DNA of 64,000 bases from Candidatus Cloacimonadota bacterium. Lineage in GTDB: Bacteria > Muiribacteriota > UBA6191. Each line of letters starts with the position of its first letter. The first letter of the stretch is position 1. Shown in pieces: positions 26,571 to 34,715 of the stretch. Made by a program: the position numbers and the translations under genes. The stretch is taken from contig JACFNL010000001.1 of the NCBI GenBank assembly GCA_019454875.1, positions 7,511-71,510 on the forward strand, written 5' to 3'. The notes under the pieces are model-generated. The model had not been told where the DNA came from. It made no database searches and worked only from the letters and a program-made list of their open reading frames with translations.

Positions 26571-28484
26571 TTATGGACGATCCAAATTAGTTCTTACCAG
26601 GTCTTCATCAAAGTTTGCCATATTCTCGTAAACAAACTTCAAACAGTTGTCATAATCGTTGCCAAAATTCTCATCACAATACTTCAGTGTCTCTTCCGAA
26701 ATACCCTGTCTGAGCAGATCTGTCCGATTTTTGACAGCTTTATCGTCTCCGGGTACAACATTCAGTCCAGCACCCATCACAACTGCCCCATCACTTAAAG
26801 TATGGACTACCCGTTTATTTCCATCTTCATCCAGAACTGTCTCAGCCGAGACCGGAACTGCATTAAGACTCTGCCTGGCAACCAATACATCTCTCTCAAG
26901 CTCAGTAACTCTGAAACCACCAGCAGGCGCAACAGGCCGCTCATCCGGAGTGGTGGACTGGGGCCTTACACCACTATCAGGGGTGGTGCTAGCAGGAACA
27001 ATAACCACCTCGTTGTCAGTATCACTGTCTGACATTCTATCCACAGTGGTGGTTCCCGATGCCTCTGCTGAAAGCGTACGGTCAAATTCCTCAAACTCAG
27101 TGGTAGTGGGTTGAGAAGCCAGGCTTTGCTGCTCTCTATCATTGATGACATCATCTTCTGTAGTTCTTTGAGAAGCTGGACCACTGTAAAAACTAGACCC
27201 AGTCAAAGCCATATCATCAGGATTGGGATCTACCACCGGTTCATCGCCCCACACAATATCGGTAGGCAGGTAATCCGGTGTGGTTTCGACAGAACCTGCT
27301 GCCGCAACTGGCTCAGGGGAAGAACTTGTTACAGATGACTGTGCGGCAGATATAGCTTCTTCGGGGTCAACATCACCAGGAGTAACTACATTCTGGCCAG
27401 TCAAATCAGGAATAGGGCTTATTGCACCTGATTCAGGAGCTGTGCTGCCTTCTGATGAATTTCTTGGAGCTGTGACAATAATATCTTCCCCAATAACTTC
27501 AACAGAGGCCACATCTTCAGTCGCATCACCAGCGTCCGATGTTGTTGTACTAGCCGCTGTAGATGGTTGTGGACTTCTGGCGGCAGCCAGACCGGAATCA
27601 TTAGGACCACAAAAGGTATTGGGAGCCATTGGCCCAATAAAATCCGTACCACAGGCCGAATCAATCGGTCTGCCAGGTATTGGTAAATTGTCATTATAAA
27701 TTCGGATCTGTTCTACGGTAGCATCAGCAGGCAAACCACGGAAATTTTTGGCTGCATCAATAATGCTTTGATGTTCTGAGGGTTCGCTGGTACCCGCTAA
27801 AAGCTGAGTTAAGTCTGGAGTTGCTGCCGATGAGGTGGTTTGTGATGCCGGGGCTGGTGTTCCAGGCAATCCTGTTGTGGAAGGATCCTGAAAGTCAGCC
27901 AGCAGGCAGACCGCTCCGGGGCCTTCTCCCTTTTCAACTGAGGTAGCACGACCACTACCATCATAAGTAATTCTCATGCCCTCTTCATACTCAAGGGGTT
28001 TGCGATTACCCGCATAGCCTGTCATGACGATCTGCCCATCCCTGGTGTAAATATAACCTTCAGGGGATACGGTAAGGCCACTGTCTGGAGTGGGAACTAC
28101 AGGGGAGGAAGAGCTGGTTCGGGAAGCCGGCTGGCTCTGGGAGCCTGCAACAGGTTCAGACACCGGATCTACTCTTGGGGTTGTGCCAGCACTAGACACA
28201 GCCACAGCGGAATCCCGGGTGACCACGGCTGCTGGTGTGACAGCAACTGTTGGGACGGTGTTCACAGTGGCAGTAGGCTCTGGGGGACAGGGAACCCCTA
28301 CAACATCCCGAGTCCAGCAGGCTGCGGTTGCACCCACATTATATATTGCCGAACCCGCCCGGGAATACCAGGGTCTATCATCGGTCGTTTCGGTTGCAGC
28401 CATCAACATAGGTGTAACCGCAGTAAAACAGGTTACCATCAGCGATGAGCGAACAAAATTTCTGAAATTGTAATACTGCACCAT
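26571..28484 (-). CDS. Secreted Ser/Thr/Pro/Asp-rich acidic protein (637 aa)
   Basis: Hydrophobic N-terminus (…SSLMVTCFTAVTPMLMAA), with GGGAGG 8 nt upstream of the ATG. Low-complexity T/S/P/A/V/D/E-rich sequence dominates most of the length. There is a short YD-like segment (GYIYTRDGQIVMTGYAGN...MRITYDGSGRATSV). The C-terminal ~120 aa are more ordered, with 2 Cys. Confidence 0.6.
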   Translation of the reverse strand: MVQYYNFRNFVRSSLMVTCFTAVTPMLMAATETTDDRPWYSRAGSAIYNVGATAACWTRDVVGVPCPPEPTATVNTVPTVAVTPAAVVTRDSAVAVSSAGTTPRVDPVSEPVAGSQSQPASRTSSSSPVVPTPDSGLTVSPEGYIYTRDGQIVMTGYAGNRKPLEYEEGMRITYDGSGRATSVEKGEGPGAVCLLADFQDPSTTGLPGTPAPASQTTSSAATPDLTQLLAGTSEPSEHQSIIDAAKNFRGLPADATVEQIRIYNDNLPIPGRPIDSACGTDFIGPMAPNTFCGPNDSGLAAARSPQPSTAASTTTSDAGDATEDVASVEVIGEDIIVTAPRNSSEGSTAPESGAISPIPDLTGQNVVTPGDVDPEEAISAAQSSVTSSSPEPVAAAGSVETTPDYLPTDIVWGDEPVVDPNPDDMALTGSSFYSGPASQRTTEDDVINDREQQSLASQPTTTEFEEFDRTLSAEASGTTTVDRMSDSDTDNEVVIVPASTTPDSGVRPQSTTPDERPVAPAGGFRVTELERDVLVARQSLNAVPVSAETVLDEDGNKRVVHTLSDGAVVMGAGLNVVPGDDKAVKNRTDLLRQGISEETLKYCDENFGNDYDNCLKFVYENMANFDEDLVRTNLDRP

Positions 28485-28557
28485 GAAAAACCTCCCACAA
28501 ACCAGTGGTCCCTGACTGCACTACGCTTGGAAGGTAAAAAATGTTTCCAAAATCAGG

Positions 28558-29589
28558 CTAAACCTTGTAGCGCAAAGGCACATCGGATGCTTCCAGTTTT
28601 CCTGCCGTGACAAGAGACTCAAAAGCTCTGGAATATGGAATACAATCTTTTTTGCTACCGGCCTTGTGGAATGCCAGGACAGAGGCCAGATTCCCATCGC
28701 GCAAGTGTTTACGGGGCTGGGGGTGCATGGTTAGTGCTTCTTTTACAAGATGTGGCTCACCGATACTACTGGTAAAAAAAGACTGATGATAAATACCGTT
28801 CAGACAGGACACAAGCAATCCTCTGAGTTCCCGGCTCTGGGATAACATCTGGGTTATTTTATGAATGGTGTTTTCTATATCCAGAGACAAAAAGGTTCCA
28901 AAAACCAGGATACCCCTGCTGGCAAGCCGAACAGCAGCTTCCAGTCTCTGAAGGCTATTGATATCCCCAAGGGCAACCACATTTACATCCGCTTTCATCA
29001 GGGACTGTACCGCTAAAGAAAAATCCACAATATCACGGTCATAAGTGCGTCGCGATAGAAGACTTCTTTCAAACAGAGGGAACTCGCCTTCCAGTACATC
29101 GTCAAGCTGCACCATACTCCAGGAATGATTGGAGCCAAGATGCTGCAAAATGGCATTCTGGGTAGTACTGCGCCCTGAGTCAGGTGTTCCACAGATAAGA
29201 TACAAACCAGAACGCTTATTGAGCCAGGAATCGATCAGGGGTTCCAAAAACCCCAATTCTTTTAATTCAAACACCTTGGTTTCAATCAGCTTTCCAGAAA
29301 CTCCAAGAGTACCCCTTTGTCTGTACACACTAAGTCTTGCCGAATAACGCGGGCTGAAGGGATATCCAACAATAACATCCTGGCCTTCCAGAACCTTGCG
29401 CTTAGAGGACTCATCCACAAAAGAATCTACAATCTGATACACTTCATTGGACAAAAGCCTCTCGCAATCAAATCTCTTCACACCCTTTCTATCCTGCATT
29501 ACCGGGGTTGTTCCCGAAATAATGTGAAGCCAGCGACAGTTCGCATCAATAGCATCCCGCAAAAACTCGTCAATATGCCGTTTATCCAT
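28558..29589 (-). CDS. PilT-family (type IV pilus retraction ATPase-like) protein with degenerate catalytic motifs
   Basis: Aligns along its full length with PilT (N-domain, ...FSL.V..L.RFRV..Y...G core). Walker A is GTPDSGRSTT, with Lys replaced by Arg. The Asp box is DVNVVALGDINS, i.e. GD where GE is canonical. The His-box is ILVFGTFLSLD, with both His lost. Its start shares 1 nt with the stop of the upstream PilT-like gene (TAATG). Confidence 0.8.
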   Translation of the reverse strand: MDKRHIDEFLRDAIDANCRWLHIISGTTPVMQDRKGVKRFDCERLLSNEVYQIVDSFVDESSKRKVLEGQDVIVGYPFSPRYSARLSVYRQRGTLGVSGKLIETKVFELKELGFLEPLIDSWLNKRSGLYLICGTPDSGRSTTQNAILQHLGSNHSWSMVQLDDVLEGEFPLFERSLLSRRTYDRDIVDFSLAVQSLMKADVNVVALGDINSLQRLEAAVRLASRGILVFGTFLSLDIENTIHKITQMLSQSRELRGLLVSCLNGIYHQSFFTSSIGEPHLVKEALTMHPQPRKHLRDGNLASVLAFHKAGSKKDCIPYSRAFESLVTAGKLEASDVPLRYKV

Positions 29590-30932
29590 TAAAAATCATC
29601 CCCAACTTTACGCTTCAACTGCGGCCGGTAGCGAGATTCAAAATTGTCCCTTTCCTCAATCTCCTCCAAAAGTGCATCAAAATCCAAAATCTGGTTCTGC
29701 ACCATCTCAAAAGCCCGTTTGTGCAGGGAACGACAATTGGGTAAGGTCTCCAGCTGAGGAAGAATACCCTGCCACCTGCATTCGCGAATCAGGTTTCTAA
29801 GATTGGCATCCGGGATCATGTATTCCCGCACCGGAACCACGGCTTTGTCTAAATCATGATACAGATGCTGGCAAAGGCACAAACGCAGGCTATGGGAAAA
29901 TCGATCCAGAAGACTTTGATTCCCCTCTCTAGGAATCAGACTTGTAAGCGTTTCCAAAGCAGCTGTAACTGATACCCCAGGTACTGTCAAAATCACATTC
30001 ACTGAACTCTCGGCTGCAGTAATCAGAAATTCAAGAAGCTCCAAACTGTCTACAGAGGAAACAAAAAGCCAGTTCACTCCCCCCTTTAAGACATAGCGGA
30101 CTCCCGAAACTATACTTTGCATGTCCGATCCGACTTCTCTTTGGGTAATACTTGCCACTGCATCACGAAACAGAAATTCAATTGGATCTTCAAAGGTTTG
30201 AATTCTTAAAGGTTTTGTCTGGTTCAGATGGTTCAGAATGGCCGCCACAAGTGTACTTTTACCTGCAACCGCTGGACCACTGATTAAATAAAGTCCTCCC
30301 TGTCCCTCTTCCAAAGACTGAAGAATCGTAGATTCAAGGTTTAAGGACGATAGTTCAGGTATATCAAATGGAATCTGCTTTAAACTGATAGCCGGCCGAC
30401 CTGCCTCATGATAGGCACTTACCCGAAATCTGGATAATCCGGGAACAGAGAGAGAAAAATCCACAACCTTATACTGAGATAGAATTGCCGAATAGGCCGG
30501 AGAAATATATTCCCCGATGATAGCCTGTAAATCTCCCACACTAAATATAGGAACATCAGCTAATTCATGCAAAGAGCCACCAACCCTTACATGGGGCTTC
30601 AAATCCGGCTTTAGGTGAAGCACTTCTGCCTTCATTTCCTTGACAGTTTTAAGGATTCTTAAAAACTGCTCCCCTACTTCTTCGCCTTGAAGCTGCACCC
30701 TGCGAGGGCCTGTGCGTTTTTCCACAAGCTCCAGTTTTTGCAGGGCCTGTTTATATAGCTGGGGTTGAACCTGTTTGGTCTTCAACTTTTCCAAAACCCG
30801 CTTTAAAAAAACGATATCTTCATTAGGAAGGGAGGCAATAGCTTCGACAGGCTGCCGGATCAGTACTTCCAAGGGAGCATTAAATACTCCCTGACAATTT
30901 TTGAGTGCTTCCCTGAAGTCTTTCATGAACAT
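29589..30932 (-). CDS. PilT-family protein with a ~100-aa N-terminal extension and degenerate Walker B/His-box
   Basis: Walker A GPAVAGKST is intact and the PilT C-terminal signature LRNLIRE is present. The Asp box reads NWLFVSSVDSLE, with SS in place of GE. The His-box region ILTVPGVSV has no His. The motifs DFSLSVPGLSRFRVSAYHEAG and TFEDPIEF are conserved. Confidence 0.8.
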   Translation of the reverse strand: MFMKDFREALKNCQGVFNAPLEVLIRQPVEAIASLPNEDIVFLKRVLEKLKTKQVQPQLYKQALQKLELVEKRTGPRRVQLQGEEVGEQFLRILKTVKEMKAEVLHLKPDLKPHVRVGGSLHELADVPIFSVGDLQAIIGEYISPAYSAILSQYKVVDFSLSVPGLSRFRVSAYHEAGRPAISLKQIPFDIPELSSLNLESTILQSLEEGQGGLYLISGPAVAGKSTLVAAILNHLNQTKPLRIQTFEDPIEFLFRDAVASITQREVGSDMQSIVSGVRYVLKGGVNWLFVSSVDSLELLEFLITAAESSVNVILTVPGVSVTAALETLTSLIPREGNQSLLDRFSHSLRLCLCQHLYHDLDKAVVPVREYMIPDANLRNLIRECRWQGILPQLETLPNCRSLHKRAFEMVQNQILDFDALLEEIEERDNFESRYRPQLKRKVGDDF

Positions 30933-30978
30933 GTCTGAATCATATACAAATCAGGGGTTGTTTGGCTATCATGCTTCC

Positions 30979-31665
30979 ATGATTTTTCGTTTGATTTTAT
31001 TGATCTTTGCCCTCAATCCCTGCTACGGGGAGATGGTCGGCGGATTTTTTGAGCCAAAATCCAGTCTGTGGGCAGTTCTTAAAACCAGCCCGGACACAAA
31101 AACAATTCACCTTATCAACCAGTGGGTGGCCTCTGGTATCAGCGTTCGTATCATTTCCGACACAAGTCGCATAAATACCGAGGAACAACTCTGGGATCTT
31201 TTGGATGAATCCGTACAAATCCGCTTTTTGGATAGCCCAGATGTTATATCCCATGATATTTTTGTTGTGGATGAAGTTTTGGCTATCTGGGCTCCAACTC
31301 TGTTTTATAATCAAAGCTACCGTCTTTTTTATCCTCGGTTTGAAAAGGACCCGGAATCTGTTTCTGTTTTACAGGCCCAGGTATTGGATGTCTGGAAATC
31401 CCTTTCTTCAACCGCTTCCCAAATTATCTTAAAGGGCTTAAAACATAGAAGCGAGGATACAACCATAGTTACACCTTCTGTTTCAGTTCCCATTTCAGTA
31501 AGTACTAGCAGTGTTGACAGTCCAGGTTTTGTGGCTTCCAAAAATTCCAAGGTGTATCATCCAGCAAATAGTGGTGAAGCCCAGAGGATTCTTGAAGAAA
31601 ACAAAGTTTTTTTTGCCACTGAAGCCGATGCTTTGGCATCGGGACGAAGAAGGGCTAGAAAATAA
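30979..31665 (+). CDS. Secreted PLD-like-fold protein lacking the HKD motif, with a short Ada-like C-terminal tail
   Basis: Start set at the ATG at 30979, giving the signal peptide MIFRLILLIFALNPCYG; the ORF-track start at 30901 overlaps the divergent PilT-like gene. The central region resembles a PLD-like repeat (ISHDIFVVDEVLAIWAP) but has no H-x-K-x4-D. The C-terminus is KVFFATEADALASGRRRARK. Confidence 0.45.
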   Translation: MIFRLILLIFALNPCYGEMVGGFFEPKSSLWAVLKTSPDTKTIHLINQWVASGISVRIISDTSRINTEEQLWDLLDESVQIRFLDSPDVISHDIFVVDEVLAIWAPTLFYNQSYRLFYPRFEKDPESVSVLQAQVLDVWKSLSSTASQIILKGLKHRSEDTTIVTPSVSVPISVSTSSVDSPGFVASKNSKVYHPANSGEAQRILEENKVFFATEADALASGRRRARK

Positions 31666-31670
31666 GCACC

Positions 31671-32744
31671 ATGCTTTCAGTTACACCCAAATCCATTCTG
31701 ATGATTCGCCTCGGGGCACTTGGTGATGTTATTCAGACCCTGCCTGTAGCAACCCAGTTGCGTCTGAGATTTCCCGAGGCCCGGATTGTCTGGGCTATCG
31801 AAGACAAGGCACTTCCCCTAATCCAAAACCAGCCGGGGATAACTCCAATTCTATTTCCTAAACGCAAGGTTTTCTCAAAAAACCCGCTGACTGCTCTGTA
31901 TTATCAATGGAAATTTTCCCAGGAATTACAAACTCATCATTTCGATTTAGCCCTTGATTTACAGGGTCTGTTTAAATCGGGATGGATTGCCTGGGCCAGC
32001 AAGGCCAAAATCAGGGCTGGATTTCACAAAAACAATACCAGAGAAGGAAACCACCTTTTTTTAAGTCATACTATGCCCTGGCAGGACATCAAAGGCCTGC
32101 ACAAAATAGACTATTACCAAAGTATACTGCCCTGGTTAGGCATCCCCCTACAGTCTGTTGATGACCCATTTGGTTTTACATTTACCGAGCAGGAGATCAA
32201 AAATATTCGTATACTGATGCACAGGTTACGCATTCGGGCCAATTCCTATATTGTACTTAACATTGGTACGAGCCGTGTTACTAAGCGCTGGCGTACGGAA
32301 TATTATGTAGAACTGATCCGATTATTGCGCATAAGATATCCAAAACAACAATTGCTGTTATGTGGTGGTGGGGCCGAAGATGCATCCATTGAGATGGAAA
32401 TTCTTAAACAGGTTCAACCAGGAGAAGTGTTATCCAGCGTAAACAAAATCAACCTCAGGGAATTTGCCCAGGTTGTAGCCCATTGTTCTGCCCTAATCTC
32501 TCCTGACAGCCTGGGTCTTCATCTGGCTTCGGCACTGAACAAGCCCGCTGTAGGTCTGATTGGAGGATTTTCTTCTACTCCCCAACAGATTGGAAACTGG
32601 AAAAACCCAGGCAAGTCTTTAGCATCCGATATCAACTGCTTTCCCTGCCGCAGAAGAACCTGCTCCCATCACAGTTGCATGAAAGACTTGACCGCCTCGC
32701 TGATATTTCAGGAAATTGAAAAGATTTTGCCTGACAGAAATTAA
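31671..32744 (+). CDS. Glycosyltransferase family 9 (LPS heptosyltransferase-like)
   Basis: MIRLGALGDVIQTLPVATQLRLRFPEARIVWAIE matches the GT9 N-terminus. GLIGGFSSTP... and a C-terminal Cys cluster are also present. Confidence 0.8.
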   Translation: MLSVTPKSILMIRLGALGDVIQTLPVATQLRLRFPEARIVWAIEDKALPLIQNQPGITPILFPKRKVFSKNPLTALYYQWKFSQELQTHHFDLALDLQGLFKSGWIAWASKAKIRAGFHKNNTREGNHLFLSHTMPWQDIKGLHKIDYYQSILPWLGIPLQSVDDPFGFTFTEQEIKNIRILMHRLRIRANSYIVLNIGTSRVTKRWRTEYYVELIRLLRIRYPKQQLLLCGGGAEDASIEMEILKQVQPGEVLSSVNKINLREFAQVVAHCSALISPDSLGLHLASALNKPAVGLIGGFSSTPQQIGNWKNPGKSLASDINCFPCRRRTCSHHSCMKDLTASLIFQEIEKILPDRN

Positions 32745-33418
32745 AAAATCCGCTCCAGGGCCTTAATTTTTTTTGCAAAAGTAGAGTCCTGGTAACTGAA
32801 ATACGCCATATGCTCATCGATTCCGATCAGCTTAACCTGCCGTAAATCACGGGCACCCTTCAGCCTTTCATCAACCGCATAATAGCGGTTTCCGATAATA
32901 ATAAACTGATCCTGTTCTGTTCCGAATTTTCCAGAAATTTCAAATGCGGGCAACTCCACCTGTTTTACAGGTTTGTCCTTTTCGTCTTTTCGTCTCACAT
33001 CATTCTGTTGGGCGATAATAGCTGCAAAATCGGTTTTCACTTCGTTTTTGATAGCCAGACTCTGCATTTTACTAGCAGGTTTGCTTGGTTCCTGCCTTGT
33101 TGACACGGTAGTATTTCTAAATCCAGAGGCTCTTTCCACCACTGAGGGAATCAAATTTGCTGTCAGCATCGGTTCATGCTGAATTGCAAACGGATAAATA
33201 AACTCTTCTGCCTGAAGTTTGAGCTTCTGGTGTTTTTCCAGTAAATCCAGGGCATTGTCAAGCTGGTAGCGGACTGAGTCCTCTCCATACCCTTCTTCAT
33301 CCATGTAAGAGTCTTCTTCGCCTTCCAGGAAACTGTCAAGGAAGTCGTCCGAACGGATGCAACCGACAAGGGCCACAAACAAAAGGTACGATAAAATCAC
33401 AAAACGACTCATAATCAT
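32741..33418 (-). CDS. Lipoprotein, hypothetical
   Basis: Signal plus lipobox MIMSRFVILSYLLFVALVGC. Acidic N-terminal region. No other motifs. Confidence 0.6.
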   Translation of the reverse strand: MIMSRFVILSYLLFVALVGCIRSDDFLDSFLEGEEDSYMDEEGYGEDSVRYQLDNALDLLEKHQKLKLQAEEFIYPFAIQHEPMLTANLIPSVVERASGFRNTTVSTRQEPSKPASKMQSLAIKNEVKTDFAAIIAQQNDVRRKDEKDKPVKQVELPAFEISGKFGTEQDQFIIIGNRYYAVDERLKGARDLRQVKLIGIDEHMAYFSYQDSTFAKKIKALERIF

Positions 33419-33471
33419 ATTATATCAGATTGTATAAGAGTTCGGAGAATTGGTTACAAACTTTTACATGA

Positions 33472-34671
33472 TTGTCGCCAGTGGGTAAGATTGGTTACAA
33501 TGGGGTTGTGTCTCGACAAATCATTTTTCGCATCCACAATGAACAGCTCTCCTTTGAAAAACAACTTCTAGTGAGTGATGGTCAAACTATCCGTGTTGGA
33601 CGGGTAGAAGAAAACGAGATCTCCGTAAATGACCCCAAAATCTCAAGGCATCATGCCCAGATAGAGTTTCACAAGGATTCAGTGCTAGTACGGGATCTGA
33701 ATTCCAGGCACGGAACATTTTTAAATGGGGAGCGCATGAATCACTCCTTTCATCTAAGAAGTGGCGATGCCATAAAAATTGGAGACACCGAGATTCGTTA
33801 CCGCTTTGAGGATCAGACGAACAAATCTGTTCAGGAATCCAAATCAAATCTGCCTCAATCCCATTACCAGTGGTACCTTCAAAAAGATTTGAGTTCCTAC
33901 CTGAAAAATTCTCCCCAGGAACCATCAGAAGAACTCGACACCTTCTACCGTAAAATGCTTCTGTTTCCTTTTTTCCTGCTCTTTGTGTTTTTTGCCCTCT
34001 TTCCTTCAGCCACCACCTTTTTGGTCTCACTCACATACAGCGGAATCGCCCTGTATTTCTCAAAAAATCTGCTAACCGGCCCTGGAATCAGAAACCACGA
34101 ATCCTTTCAGCTTCCCATCACCAGACGCATCAATAAATTGCAGGCTCAGATTCAGAAAAAAGTAAATTCACTGCCCTCCTTTGACAGAAACCTGCTTGGG
34201 AAAATGCAGAAGGAAATGCTTCAGTTTGTGGAAGAAAAACTTCCCCAGATGGAAAAAGACATTTTTTCACTGAACCGTTCCCTGGTTTCTGGGACTCTGC
34301 AAAGGCTGGAACAAAGAAAAAACATGCTGGAATCCGAGTTAAAAAATGCCGGCGATGAATCGATCTCCCTTCAGATTCAAAACAATCTGTCCCGCCTCAA
34401 CCGTCAAATCAAAATGCAGAAGAATATCAAAAACATCCTGATGCATCTTATTCTTAAACTCGAAGACTATCAGATCCAGCTGGAAATCCTGGAAAGCACC
34501 CTGATAGCCCAGGAATTTCGTGACAACTACACTGACTTTTCTAACCGTTTTCTTGATCTTCAGGAAGACATTGACGAAGTCTACCGCGAATACAATGCCT
34601 TAAAAGTTGAGGAACCATTCCTGCTTACCGAGGAAAAACCTGCCGGGGAAATCGCGGCTCCCGAAACCTGA
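33472..34671 (+). CDS. FHA-domain protein with a TM segment and a C-terminal coiled coil
   Basis: FHA core: TIRVGRVEENEISVNDPKISRHHAQIEFHKDSVLVRDLNSRHGTFLNGERM. A hydrophobic segment follows (LLFPFFLLFVFFALFPSATTFLVSLTYSGIALYF), then a coiled coil. There is no in-frame ATG before the FHA domain, so the start is a non-ATG codon (TTG/GTG) and its exact position is uncertain. Confidence 0.75.
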   Translation: MSPVGKIGYNGVVSRQIIFRIHNEQLSFEKQLLVSDGQTIRVGRVEENEISVNDPKISRHHAQIEFHKDSVLVRDLNSRHGTFLNGERMNHSFHLRSGDAIKIGDTEIRYRFEDQTNKSVQESKSNLPQSHYQWYLQKDLSSYLKNSPQEPSEELDTFYRKMLLFPFFLLFVFFALFPSATTFLVSLTYSGIALYFSKNLLTGPGIRNHESFQLPITRRINKLQAQIQKKVNSLPSFDRNLLGKMQKEMLQFVEEKLPQMEKDIFSLNRSLVSGTLQRLEQRKNMLESELKNAGDESISLQIQNNLSRLNRQIKMQKNIKNILMHLILKLEDYQIQLEILESTLIAQEFRDNYTDFSNRFLDLQEDIDEVYREYNALKVEEPFLLTEEKPAGEIAAPET

Positions 34672-34715
34672 TATCATGTCTTCGTGTAAAGACATTAAAA
34701 AAAAGCAGGAAACCA

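Noticed and set aside
26571-28484. Interpreting the Ser/Thr-rich protein as an Rhs/YD-repeat toxin
   Set aside because: There are only two weak YD-like segments. The protein has no Rhs core or PxxxxDPxGL motif and is far shorter than Rhs proteins. The resemblance is noted in the findings but a toxin call is not supported.
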